IMG/VR virus record: IMGVR_UViG_3300031652_000001
DNA length: 64,000 bases
Direction: 5' to 3' (one strand)
From: a virus
Made by a program: the position numbers and the translations under genes. Position 1 is the stretch's first letter. Every line of letters begins with the position of its first letter. The notes below the pieces were generated by a model. That model saw only the letters and a program-made list of their open reading frames with translations, was not told where the DNA came from and made no database searches. Positions 1 through 9,104 of the stretch are shown piece by piece.

Positions 1-78
1 AAGTATTACCATATCGCCTTCATATCGGTCAAGCGTTTTGCAGTACAGCAATTATATTTTTAATGATTAAGGAAATAA

Positions 79-954
79 TTAAAGGATGTGTTGTGAACTT
101 ATTTTCGCCAATAGTTTTTTTGAACGATTACTGTCTATCGAAACAAGATGTTTATTAACCCTTTTCCAGTACCTCTCACTCCACGCCCGTTCGCCGGTGT
201 GATGATGAACAAAATAGGCATCCTCGGTATCCAATAAGACACGCCGTCCTCGCTTCCGAATATAGTGGCGATGTGATCTACACTTCTTCTTGTACAGGGC
301 AAGATCTTCAACCAACATCTGGATACTCACCTCTGCATGCATCAACGTTTTCAGCGAGACGCCAACAGACTCACCATCCGGCATAACCACTTTCCGAGAT
401 CTCGTTTGAGACCCTGGCCATCGAAACTGACTTGCTCCCAAATCCCAACCATAAATCCCTCTGAAATTCGAATTTATTTTCGACATATTCCTATCAAGAC
501 AATCAAGATCTACAGACTTACCTCTCTTCCTACATGCCCTGTAAGCGTACTTGTTCGCACTACTCCATTCCCGAAGTTTTCTTTCTATAGCAACCTTCGT
601 TACCTTCTCTCCGGACCGACCAAAAATTTCACCGATCTCCTTCCGACCTATCGCACATTCATTATTTGACGATTCTCGATAAAGAATCGCAACAACATGA
701 TCTGGATTGATGTCTTCAGTATATCGCCTACGAACATCAAGAATTGAAGACGCTATATACCCAGCATACTCTTCTGCTCTATTTTGAGCCTTTTTACCCC
801 TCAAGTTCCTACCGCATTCACTCCAGACGATATACGATTTTCCAGGACCTTGTTGGGTATGTAAACCAAGTATTGCATCAGACACTCCATCTGTATCAAC
901 CGAACTGTCGGCCGATGAAATAAGAAAAAAAGAAAAGAGTAAAAAGAATCTCAT
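79..954 (-). CDS. Secreted lytic transglycosylase (SLT-like) protein
   Basis: Hydrophobic N-terminal signal (MRFFLLFSFFLISSA); SLT-type motifs AILYRESS (catalytic Glu), DLGASQF and YWKRV. Confidence 0.6.
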   Translation of the reverse strand: MRFFLLFSFFLISSADSSVDTDGVSDAILGLHTQQGPGKSYIVWSECGRNLRGKKAQNRAEEYAGYIASSILDVRRRYTEDINPDHVVAILYRESSNNECAIGRKEIGEIFGRSGEKVTKVAIERKLREWSSANKYAYRACRKRGKSVDLDCLDRNMSKINSNFRGIYGWDLGASQFRWPGSQTRSRKVVMPDGESVGVSLKTLMHAEVSIQMLVEDLALYKKKCRSHRHYIRKRGRRVLLDTEDAYFVHHHTGERAWSERYWKRVNKHLVSIDSNRSKKLLAKISSQHIL

Positions 955-958
955 TTAC

Positions 959-1300
959 TCAACCTCCGTTTCTACCCCGTTTTAATCTGGCTTCAGCCTT
1001 CGATATGGCCTCTTGTTGCTCATCAAAAATAGTCGTTGCCCTCGATTGGGCCTGAGTCAAACACGTAAGACAATAATAAATTATCAGCTTTCGTCCTCCT
1101 TTTTTTCCAGGAGTGAAATTTAAAACAACTGATTCCATCCTACCCAATTCATGCAATCTCTTGCAGCGTCCAGCACATCGAATAAGGGTCTTGCGCCTGG
1201 CAGAAGCGCAATCAGGACATATACCCTTCCTGTCTGGACCCCACGTATTGAGATCTTTTCCACAGAGCCTACACGGCCTGCGGCGATCTTTCTTGTCCAT
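959..1300 (-). CDS. Zn-finger hypothetical protein
   Basis: Four Cys pairs (CRLC, CPDC, CAGRC, CLTC); packed in operon. Confidence 0.55.
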   Translation of the reverse strand: MDKKDRRRPCRLCGKDLNTWGPDRKGICPDCASARRKTLIRCAGRCKRLHELGRMESVVLNFTPGKKGGRKLIIYYCLTCLTQAQSRATTIFDEQQEAISKAEARLKRGRNGG

Positions 1301-1480
1301 CTAATCCGTCAGTAGTATCCGACCACCCTTGCGGTCCTCAAAATCTGCCACCCGCCGTTCCAGTACTTGCTCGCTACATGTTTCACACACATAGTTCGCC
1401 ACGCCATCTTGTGTGAGAAAACCCTTCGTAACTTGCACCATCTTTCCACATTTTGTACATCTAACTTGTTCATAATCCAT
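1301..1480 (-). CDS. 59-aa Zn-ribbon protein, absent from ORF track (MDYEQVRCTKCGK...CETC...GGRILLTD)
   Basis: Read by hand; AAGGAG SD upstream; fills the gap exactly; two CxxC pairs. Confidence 0.6.
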   Translation of the reverse strand: MDYEQVRCTKCGKMVQVTKGFLTQDGVANYVCETCSEQVLERRVADFEDRKGGRILLTD

Positions 1481-1727
1481 CTTTATTCTCCTTGTCGGGT
1501 TTAGCCAAAGTATCTACTTTTACCCAACCATCCTTACTATTTTTTGATAAAATTTTCCTAATTTCGCCATCTGTCAAATAAATCAACGGAACACCAGGTG
1601 TATCCAAAGACACCAAAATACCATCATCAGGAGCATAAACACCAAAACACCCACCCTTTACTGACCTATTGAGCCTCTCCCCCTTCTCCACCCTCTTTAC
1701 TATTGTCGCTATGTATTGATCCGACAT
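1470..1727 (-). CDS. Hypothetical protein (start MSDQY)
   Basis: GGAG SD before ATG at 1727; operon packing. Confidence 0.5.
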   Translation of the reverse strand: MSDQYIATIVKRVEKGERLNRSVKGGCFGVYAPDDGILVSLDTPGVPLIYLTDGEIRKILSKNSKDGWVKVDTLAKPDKENKDGL

Positions 1728-2112
1728 ATTTTTCCTCCATACCTGCAACAATAACTGTCGCTCTCGAAAGTAACCCCTTCATGAACTGAATACCAGCTTT
1801 CGCAATGACAGTTGATGGTTCATTAGACCTCGCACCCGACAATTTTTCAAGCTCCCCTTCAAGGAATTTGACTCTCTCTTTCGCCTTTTTGCAACCAAGC
1901 TTTTTCATCCCGGCCTTTTCGAGAATCCTCTTCACTATAACCGGCCAATGGTATGAGCACGTATTACAGCTCTCGTCAGAACCAAAATAGGGACATGGTT
2001 TTCCGCCCTTCAAAACCTTAAATAACGGACAACCTTCCACTAAAAAAGAAGTCAGTTTCAGTGTTAGATTTCCATCTTCATCAATGTTTTTTTCAGTTTC
2101 TTTTTCCTTCAT
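1666..2112 (-). CDS. Hypothetical Cys-containing protein
   Basis: 148-aa ORF overlapping both neighbours in the operon. Confidence 0.5.
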   Translation of the reverse strand: MKEKETEKNIDEDGNLTLKLTSFLVEGCPLFKVLKGGKPCPYFGSDESCNTCSYHWPVIVKRILEKAGMKKLGCKKAKERVKFLEGELEKLSGARSNEPSTVIAKAGIQFMKGLLSRATVIVAGMEEKYVGSIHSDNSKEGGEGGEAQ

Positions 2113-2707
2113 CGTAGACCACCTTTATCGTTACCTCAGTCACATAAACCTCGGTATCCAAAGTATCCCCTATATCAGAAATTATCCTCTCTGCCTCCTC
2201 ATCTGAAACGAACTCGATGAGATCCGCACCCTGCATAAGTTCATTCCATTTGTCAGATGAAAACGAACCACCAACAGTCGACCGACCAATTCTGAACGTA
2301 TCAACATAACCAAGCGATATGGCTCCCCATACTGTCTTATTTCGAAAAAACTCCTCAGCTCTTCTCGATAAAAAACCAACACTACACTGATCACCACCAG
2401 AATAACAAAGAAGCTCGACATGATCATCGCTTGCACGAATTGAAAATCTTCTATCACCTGTCCCTTTATAAAAATCAAAAACATCCCTGTCCGCAGATGA
2501 CACTCTGAGAACCAAAATATTTTCATCCCCAACCCGTTTCAAGGAAACACCAGAAACATCATCTCCTTCAAATTCAACTTGCCTCGGCACTCCAGAGAAA
2601 ACAATTTCACCAGATACAATCAAACCTTTCGAAAATCTACTCCTTGTCTTCTCCTGTCTGGTCTTCTTCTTGCTCGGCTTTCTCACCATCCCATCCTTCT
2701 TCGACAA
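2093..2707 (-). CDS. Hypothetical protein
   Basis: 204-aa ORF, operon packing; exact start uncertain. Confidence 0.5.
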   Translation of the reverse strand: MSKKDGMVRKPSKKKTRQEKTRSRFSKGLIVSGEIVFSGVPRQVEFEGDDVSGVSLKRVGDENILVLRVSSADRDVFDFYKGTGDRRFSIRASDDHVELLCYSGGDQCSVGFLSRRAEEFFRNKTVWGAISLGYVDTFRIGRSTVGGSFSSDKWNELMQGADLIEFVSDEEAERIISDIGDTLDTEVYVTEVTIKVVYDEGKRN

Positions 2708-3593
2708 GCCTCTTTGTCATGATCCTTGCCGACATGATCAGATCGGCAACATCCTCAGGACCGCCCGTTTCGCCCATTGCACTCCAGTTGAAAATGAACT
2801 CCGTAGCCATCCGCTTAATTGAGAGATTCGCATCCAATTTCTTTAACCAATTCGAATACAGAACGTACATATCCGTCTCAGAATAACGACCCTCATCCCC
2901 AGACATCCCAGTGACATCAAGCCAACTCGATATGCTTTGTTCTCGGAGACTGTCTGGTTTTGAACTCGGACATCCAACACATTTCGTATCGGTAAGTGTT
3001 GAATATTTCCAACCACAAATTTTACCGGCTACATCAAGCTCAGAAACCCTCATTATCGGATCTGATTTGCACTGTGTAAACCGATCATCTCCGAGCATAC
3101 AGGACCTATCACCACCCTTCGAAACATAGAATGGACACGCCCTCGGAGCATCTTCATCCTTGGTCATCGGAACAGGACGGACAAAACAAACCGGAACACC
3201 TGTTTTCTCATCGTATATTTTGAACAAAATCTCCTTTCGGTACAAATCCATGGTTGTCTTTACACCAAAGGCTTCAGCAATATCAGAATTCCTTAGTATC
3301 CTAAAAATATCACCAGGCTCAACACTGATAGGACGGTCGATACAACAGTTTCCGACACCATCACAATCCGCATATTCGATTACGTCATCAACAGAAAGAC
3401 CTTTCCCTGCCTCTACACCTTGATCTGTTACAGACGGAACATCAAGTTGGCCCTTCTTCGGTTTCGGCATATTCCGTCTACGCTTCAAATAGAAATTCAT
3501 CGTCTCTATGATCTGGCGCCGTTTTTCTTTCCTTCTCTGTTCCTTCTGCTCCTTCTTCTTCTTACTATTGGACATCTTTTTTTTCTTGTTCAT
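2637..3593 (-). CDS. YkgJ/CxxCxxCC-type cysteine-cluster (Fe-S/Zn) protein
   Basis: CDGVGNCC...GDIFRI, ACPFY, CMLGDDRFTQCKSDP match the YkgJ cysteine pattern; very basic N-terminus. Confidence 0.6.
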   Translation of the reverse strand: MNKKKKMSNSKKKKEQKEQRRKEKRRQIIETMNFYLKRRRNMPKPKKGQLDVPSVTDQGVEAGKGLSVDDVIEYADCDGVGNCCIDRPISVEPGDIFRILRNSDIAEAFGVKTTMDLYRKEILFKIYDEKTGVPVCFVRPVPMTKDEDAPRACPFYVSKGGDRSCMLGDDRFTQCKSDPIMRVSELDVAGKICGWKYSTLTDTKCVGCPSSKPDSLREQSISSWLDVTGMSGDEGRYSETDMYVLYSNWLKKLDANLSIKRMATEFIFNWSAMGETGGPEDVADLIMSARIMTKRLVEEGWDGEKAEQEEDQTGEDKE

Positions 3594-3609
3594 CCTATCC
3601 TCCGGAACA

Positions 3610-3882
3610 CTATCTACAAGATTTCATCTTCCCAAGCTCTTTGAGTATACCCTCCAGAGCGCGAGCCTGGCGCCCCTCTGCCTTCTCTATGCCCTCTATC
3701 GCCCTAATCACCTTAAGGCGGTCAGTATCCGACTGTGATGGCGACTGAGCCCCTTCAGCATCGCCACCAGAAAACAGATAAAGAACAACCAACACGAGAG
3801 CAACAATAAGCCAGTACCACACCGGAGGTCTGACTTTACTCCAACTATTCGACCGCATCATCTTCTCAGAATATGGAAGCAT
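3610..3882 (-). CDS. Small membrane-anchored coiled-coil protein
   Basis: One TM helix (WYWLIVALVLVVLYLF); GGAG SD before MLPYSEK. Confidence 0.5.
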   Translation of the reverse strand: MLPYSEKMMRSNSWSKVRPPVWYWLIVALVLVVLYLFSGGDAEGAQSPSQSDTDRLKVIRAIEGIEKAEGRQARALEGILKELGKMKSCR

Positions 3883-3883
3883 C

Positions 3884-4354
3884 TCACTCCATCCTTTGGC
3901 AAAGGAACGGATGGTTAAAACCACTCCTCCACAAAATCATCCCAAGCCCACCTTTTTTACACACATTATCAAAAGCCGGTATTAAACCCCTCTGAACAGC
4001 AACCGGCCGACAAAAAGAAAAAACACTATCAACCTGACCAATTATCTGGTCAATAGCATCACTCCTCAGAGACCACGGCTTCCCCTTGAATGACACTTTT
4101 CCAAATTTTATAACATCTATTAAGAATACTTTTTTACCCTTTATCGAACCAATAATACTGGCTCTAACCTGAGAAACGATCTTTCTGTTCGGAACATCAA
4201 TCTCGACACCACTCAGAGTCTCCCATGATGTACCAGTTTCCGTCATAGATATGACACATAACTGGTTTCCCTCTATCAAATATCCAACACTGTTGGCACG
4301 CTCAAACGATGGAAGGTTCCTTCGCGATATTGTCCTGAAATAATATTTTGGCAT
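3884..4354 (-). CDS. Hypothetical protein resembling a degenerate ATP-dependent ligase adenylation domain
   Basis: Motif order LIEGNQ / FLIDVIKFG / PWSLRS / GGLGMIL resembles ligase motifs I, IIIa and IV without the catalytic Lys. Confidence 0.4.
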   Translation of the reverse strand: MPKYYFRTISRRNLPSFERANSVGYLIEGNQLCVISMTETGTSWETLSGVEIDVPNRKIVSQVRASIIGSIKGKKVFLIDVIKFGKVSFKGKPWSLRSDAIDQIIGQVDSVFSFCRPVAVQRGLIPAFDNVCKKGGLGMILWRSGFNHPFLCQRME

Positions 4355-4359
4355 TATAA

Positions 4360-4431
4360 TTCTCCAAAAAAATAAAGATTCCGCCCCCTAACCGCCTCGG
4401 TCGAGGCGGCCAGGAGACGATTTTTGGAGAA
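4360..4431 (-). promoter_or_regulatory. Structured 5' UTR sequestering the SD of ORF 3884-4354
   Basis: 11-bp perfect inverted repeat 4360-4370/4421-4431 that includes the GGAG SD; inner GC hairpin at 4392-4409. Confidence 0.5.
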
Positions 4432-4455
4432 ATGGGGGGGTGTCCTGTTGAAAAC

Positions 4456-4484
4456 ATAATGCAATATTCTGGATAAGAATGCAA
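4456..4484 (-). promoter_or_regulatory. Sigma70-like promoter TTGCAT-N17-CATTAT
   Basis: Intergenic, correct spacing, AT-rich upstream sequence. Confidence 0.4.
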
Positions 4485-4513
4485 CAAATTTCACCCCTAA
4501 TTCAAAAAAAATT

Positions 4514-5263
4514 TCAGATTTCCACGTTTTTCTCCTGGTCATCATCCTCACCATCCTCATCATCCGTGTCCTCTACTACATCAGAGTAAGAATTCATCAC
4601 TATTGTCATAATCCTACAAGCATCATCCGCCGTCAACTCAGTCGTTGCACCACCTATCTGTTTTGACAGCGAAGCAAATTCCATATACGCAACAGCCATC
4701 GCAATAATGATCCCCTCCTCCGATGAGGACTCACCAATACAAAGTTGTAATCCAAATGTTGTGCCAACACTGGCAATGAATCCACCAGAACACTTCTCAA
4801 CTGCCTTCAGGTGAATAAAGAGACGATGATTATCATCTGTAGACCGACTAATATCCATGAAATCATTCGAAACGAAAAAACACCGGTGAACCCTGTCGTT
4901 CTGAACATATCCCCGCCACAATACCCTCCTGGTGGTCCCAACCGTTGTCTTCTCCTCTACCTTCCAGAAGAATGGTCGAACACCCCATCGACCACGCTCA
5001 ACGAGGTCGACAACAGCTTCTGCCATGCTTACCCTAACCCTTCCATTGCTGACATAATCGACAACAGCCTGTATTTCACCAAGCCGTGATCTCATATCGC
5101 CTTCATCCTGTGCACCACGTATATATGTTTCAGCGGCGACGTTTATCTTATCCAAAACAACCTGTCGCCTTGTCATCCTTAAACGCCGCTTCTGAATTTC
5201 CTCATCCCGGAACTTCTTTTTTGCCTCCGAGATAATCCCCTCAATAATTGATCCGTTTGACAT
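4514..5263 (-). CDS. Hypothetical protein with acidic C-terminal tail
   Basis: 249-aa ORF directly downstream of a promoter. Confidence 0.6.
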   Translation of the reverse strand: MSNGSIIEGIISEAKKKFRDEEIQKRRLRMTRRQVVLDKINVAAETYIRGAQDEGDMRSRLGEIQAVVDYVSNGRVRVSMAEAVVDLVERGRWGVRPFFWKVEEKTTVGTTRRVLWRGYVQNDRVHRCFFVSNDFMDISRSTDDNHRLFIHLKAVEKCSGGFIASVGTTFGLQLCIGESSSEEGIIIAMAVAYMEFASLSKQIGGATTELTADDACRIMTIVMNSYSDVVEDTDDEDGEDDDQEKNVEI

Positions 5264-5325
5264 TTTTCCATCCCTCTAAACCAGTGTGAAAACAATTTCA
5301 GTTTTACCAGGTAAACATTCTCCAT

Positions 5326-5383
5326 CTTCAGGCAACTTGCCTGGCATCTATATATATTGTACTTATCCAGTATATAAAGTCAA
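5326..5383 (-). promoter_or_regulatory. Promoter TTGACT-N16-TACAAT plus leader hairpin (copy 1 of 3)
   Basis: AGATGC-CAGGC-AAGTT-GCCTG-AAG just downstream of the -10 box. Confidence 0.7.
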
Positions 5384-5599
5384 TAAACCCGGGGCTTCTT
5401 TCCGGATCTCTTTCTCTTTTAAAATTTCGATTTTTTAGATCTTCTAATTTTAGAAAATTTTTAAAAATTTTTAACTCACACTTGGTAGAAAAAACGGAAG
5501 TTTTTTTCGGTTTTTCTGATAGAGGGGGACGTCGAAGCGCGAAGCGCGAGACAACCCTGATTCTGCTCAGCTGCATATACTTAACTCTAGATCTACTTT

Positions 5600-5690
5600 G
5601 GGTGACATTTATGTCGCCCTTAACCCGACATTTTTGTCACCCTTAACCCGACATTTTTGTCGGGGTCTAACCCGACATTTTTGCCGGGGT
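5600..5690. repeat. Four tandem palindromic boxes GACA-N4-TG(T/C)C at 23-24 bp spacing; putative iteron array/origin
   Basis: GACA at 5604, 5627, 5650, 5674 with CCC/GGG flanks; AT-rich tract near 5415-5475. Confidence 0.65.
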
Positions 5691-6403
5691 TAGCGATACC
5701 CACCTCCAGCCGGTATTTTATCGAAAAAAGTTTCCTCAATTATTTCATAACACCTTGTTTCAACAGCGTTTATATCCATGCATCCATCAACGATGACATT
5801 GTTCTCAGGCCATGGGTTATAAGAACCCCACCCTTTGTACAGCTTGCAGACCTCTGTTTGCATCAAAGTATTTTCATAAATCTCCGGAGAATCAGTTTTT
5901 GAAATACGCCTACTCTCAACTTCATCCACTGAAACATCAAGGATGATAGTTAGGTCTGGAAACAACAACCCCTCCGACCTGTCCATCCATACCCGCATAT
6001 CCCTAAGATAGGACATTTTATCCGGAAGAGTTTTTTCACCGAACTTCATAGGGTCATTTAAAAAATCCTTTGCTCCCTGATAAATCAATGTTGAAGCATA
6101 ATACCGATCACAAATAACCCATTTACCAGTAGAAAGAGGCCACTCTATTTCGCTGATGACATGATCTTTCCTGTCAGCACGAAACAAAAGCTTCATAGCC
6201 TCATTACAAGGGGGTGGAACCTCACTCTTTAACACCGAGCGAATGAATGTCCCAATAGGTCCAGTGCTCGGTTCACATGTCCAAATAACATTTCCTTCCC
6301 CAAGTTTTTTGGACAATTTATCGAAAAGAAGCTTCGATTGTGTTGTCGTTCCTGCACCATCAGCACCATCAAAAACGATGAACCTTCCTCGTTCAGTCAT
6401 CAC
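5690..6403 (-). CDS. tmk: Thymidylate (dTMP) kinase
   Basis: FIVFDGADGAGTTTQ P-loop, CEP, LLFRADR, ICDRYYASTLIYQG, PDLTIILDV. Confidence 0.92.
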   Translation of the reverse strand: MMTERGRFIVFDGADGAGTTTQSKLLFDKLSKKLGEGNVIWTCEPSTGPIGTFIRSVLKSEVPPPCNEAMKLLFRADRKDHVISEIEWPLSTGKWVICDRYYASTLIYQGAKDFLNDPMKFGEKTLPDKMSYLRDMRVWMDRSEGLLFPDLTIILDVSVDEVESRRISKTDSPEIYENTLMQTEVCKLYKGWGSYNPWPENNVIVDGCMDINAVETRCYEIIEETFFDKIPAGGGYR

Positions 6404-6812
6404 AACGACCTTTCAGATATTTGTATTTTTTACCATCAGTGTAAACAGAGCCCCATAGGTACCCCCACCAAAAGAACAAAGCATCTCCGATACCGGCCAC
6501 AACCGGAAAGAGAAAAAGCCAATGCCAATGACTAACCAGTAATAGAATTGCGTTCACAACCAACCATGTGGTTGCACAAATTAAACCAGCAAACATCGGT
6601 GCTATGTGAACCCCAGAAAAACTTAACTCACCATTAGTATCATATCTACAGTAGGCAAAATACCACCTGCCGTCCACATTGCACGGATACGGCTTGAATG
6701 CCAGTGGCTTCCATCCTCGCTTCACATAGGCAACCAACAAATGACTACCTTCATGCACAGAGTTCTGAATGAGCCATGTTGCAACAGCAACCAAAAATGA
6801 AATCATGACCAT
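6393..6812 (-). CDS. Membrane zinc metalloprotease-like protein (M50/zincin type)
   Basis: HEGSH (HExxH) next to a TM helix; further TM helices with IAP and GD motifs. Confidence 0.6.
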   Translation of the reverse strand: MVMISFLVAVATWLIQNSVHEGSHLLVAYVKRGWKPLAFKPYPCNVDGRWYFAYCRYDTNGELSFSGVHIAPMFAGLICATTWLVVNAILLLVSHWHWLFLFPVVAGIGDALFFWWGYLWGSVYTDGKKYKYLKGRCDD

Positions 6813-7339
6813 CTCGAATATCTCCTTTTTTCAAGATAGGATAATCCCTCAATTCCTCTATGGGAAACCCACTGATTTACAGCTTGATTGCTCCCCCAAG
6901 AATCATCCGGAAGTTCACGATTCAAATATGAGACAATGTGTTTAAATTTGAAAATATTTTCACTATCAGCATAAATCACAGATAGCGATAGGTCATTTCT
7001 GAGCACAGCTTCAGTGAATCCAGATAGAAGTTTTCCATATCGAAGATACTCTTGAAACATCGGAACCAAAATATCGATGACATCGTTTTTGATGGCCTTA
7101 ACATATCTGGTTACCCAACCAGATCCACAACACCAGTCACAAGAACTTGGACTGTCACAACCACATGAAACAACCATCGATTTACGAGGCCCAATGACAA
7201 AGTATGAACCAGGAATACCTTCTTCCTCCACCCTGCTTTTCCAAAGAAGAGAAGCAAGCTGCATCACACGACTATAACTGTGTTCCTCACAAAGAACACT
7301 TACAGCCCTGACAAGAATATCGTCTTTGGAATCAACCAT
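6803..7339 (-). CDS. Two-domain hypothetical protein (Cys-rich domain plus AVLRNDL...WGS domain)
   Basis: CGC..CDWCCGSG followed by GFTEAVLRNDL...AD.EN...P..SWGS. Confidence 0.55.
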   Translation of the reverse strand: MVDSKDDILVRAVSVLCEEHSYSRVMQLASLLWKSRVEEEGIPGSYFVIGPRKSMVVSCGCDSPSSCDWCCGSGWVTRYVKAIKNDVIDILVPMFQEYLRYGKLLSGFTEAVLRNDLSLSVIYADSENIFKFKHIVSYLNRELPDDSWGSNQAVNQWVSHRGIEGLSYLEKRRYSRWS

Positions 7340-7340
7340 C

Positions 7341-7817
7341 TCAAGCCTCTATCTGTGTTCCATAAACAGGAACAACATCTCCATCGAGACGAATATTGAA
7401 ACCGTACAATGTGAGCATCTTATAGACAAAATCTGCACACAGATCCAAAGCCCCAATATGACGCATAATCTCACCACAGAAGGCAAGGTCTCCTTCACCA
7501 ATATTTCCATCGTGGGATGTCATATCCAAAACCAAGACAACCCACACATCAGCATTAAAAAACTCGCCAATAAAACAATGTTTTCCGACGATATCGACAC
7601 GACCTTTTTCCCGCAAAAATACCTCAGCCGTTCCTTTGAAATCCATACCAACACGTTGACCAATAATCTGATCCCTGCGGATTTCGTTACAGGTCAACGT
7701 AGAATGAATCACAACAAGATTTTTCATGGACACCTGAGAAAGTATGCCAGGTCGGATTTCTTCGGGAAAAATCATATCACCTCGGTATTGTCTAAATGTA
7801 CTCCAAGGAGAGCACAT
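7341..7817 (-). CDS. Hypothetical protein
   Basis: ORF in operon; start uncertain. Confidence 0.45.
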   Translation of the reverse strand: MCSPWSTFRQYRGDMIFPEEIRPGILSQVSMKNLVVIHSTLTCNEIRRDQIIGQRVGMDFKGTAEVFLREKGRVDIVGKHCFIGEFFNADVWVVLVLDMTSHDGNIGEGDLAFCGEIMRHIGALDLCADFVYKMLTLYGFNIRLDGDVVPVYGTQIEA

Positions 7818-7861
7818 ATTTTCTCTCCTCTAGGACGGTCTCCATAATGACTTCTTTATAA

Positions 7862-8278
7862 CTACCGGTCCTCTACAGCTTTACCGGCAACAATTTTCAC
7901 ACGAGTTATATAAAACACGGCCTCGTCATTGTCATCATGATACCTCCATTTGATAGGATCATCATGTCCATTTTTACTCAGCTTCATACCTTTGAATACC
8001 TCCGGAAGTTCACTTTTTTTCATCCTCGTTGCCCCAGGAATAGTCATGATCCAACGATCATGACTACGCCAGAAATTACCATCTTCATTTTCAATGATGA
8101 AAAGCTCATTAGCTATGCTTTCCTCAAGTGTTCTCACATCATCGAGTAAGGAATCAATATGCTTCCATTTCCTGGACAACTCCTTTTCGAGCCTTCTCCT
8201 TGTAATCTCCATCTCAAACACTTCAGCTTTGTTTTTATCAAGGACAATCTTCAATTGTTTCAGCTCATGATGACTCAT
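7862..8278 (-). CDS. Hypothetical protein with N-terminal coiled coil (start MSHHEL)
   Basis: GGAG SD; overlaps the upstream stop region. Confidence 0.5.
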   Translation of the reverse strand: MSHHELKQLKIVLDKNKAEVFEMEITRRRLEKELSRKWKHIDSLLDDVRTLEESIANELFIIENEDGNFWRSHDRWIMTIPGATRMKKSELPEVFKGMKLSKNGHDDPIKWRYHDDNDEAVFYITRVKIVAGKAVEDR

Positions 8279-8555
8279 CTTTTTTTCTCCCAGAAGTGTG
8301 AACCACCATCTCTTCTTCGGAATCAGATATGGCAAGACACAGAATGTCGACAAATAATGATTGAACATCACCAATCGGCTCGTTTACGGCATAATTGTCA
8401 ACTGATTCGGACCAAGCATTAGGAAGGACATCTCTCAAAAAATCGATAATATCTTGACGACCAAAACCAGATGCCTCGACCAATTTATGAATTTGGGCAA
8501 TTTTCTTTGCCCCCTTCTCATAAGCAATTCTTGCTTTATCAAGTTTTTCGTTCAT
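8265..8555 (-). CDS. Hypothetical protein
   Basis: 96-aa ORF with GGAG SD. Confidence 0.5.
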   Translation of the reverse strand: MNEKLDKARIAYEKGAKKIAQIHKLVEASGFGRQDIIDFLRDVLPNAWSESVDNYAVNEPIGDVQSLFVDILCLAISDSEEEMVVHTSGRKKDESS

Positions 8556-8558
8556 TGA

Positions 8559-9104
8559 TTATTTCTCCACTTTTTTATCAATCACAAATTGACCCTTTGG
8601 ACCTTCAGCTAGCAACCCGTGATAGTGGGTTAGCAACAAATCCCAAACAGCACGTTTTTGAGCTATCGGGATCATATTAGCCTTCTTATATTCACCCGGA
8701 ATCGCCTCCCATCTTCTACCAGGTATATTACGCCATGCCCTATTGGTCTCAGGGCTGTATGGAGTACGAACCACAAGACGTCCATCCATCTCCGTGATAA
8801 AAACCTCGGGTTTTAGCTTGCAGCGCTTCTCAATCCTATCAGCGAGCCTCACAAAACCAAGCTCCCTGAGCCTCATCAACGGTTCAAAGATTTCTACGCC
8901 TTTCTGAATAACGGCTATCTGATAGACAAGCTTGTTTGCTTCCTGACGTAATCCCTCAGGAACGTCAACAGAGCCCAGAAGCCTGGCACGACAATCAGGC
9001 CCCACCCCTGTCTCGACAGAAACAGCGTCCACCAGGGGGCGCCCACAGGCCGCACAGCGTGTTGCTACCATCTTCGCCTGAGGAGAATTCTCATATCCGG
9101 ACAT
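8559..9104 (-). CDS. DUF6011-like Zn-binding protein with C-terminal HARP-like module
   Basis: CAACGRPLVD.VS..TGVGPDC; C-terminal TPYSP...IPGRRW...IP motif. Confidence 0.6.
   Translation of the reverse strand: MSGYENSPQAKMVATRCAACGRPLVDAVSVETGVGPDCRARLLGSVDVPEGLRQEANKLVYQIAVIQKGVEIFEPLMRLRELGFVRLADRIEKRCKLKPEVFITEMDGRLVVRTPYSPETNRAWRNIPGRRWEAIPGEYKKANMIPIAQKRAVWDLLLTHYHGLLAEGPKGQFVIDKKVEK

Noticed and set aside
5600-5690. CRISPR mini-array
   Set aside because: Units are 23-24 bp and contiguous with no unique spacers; no cas genes in the window
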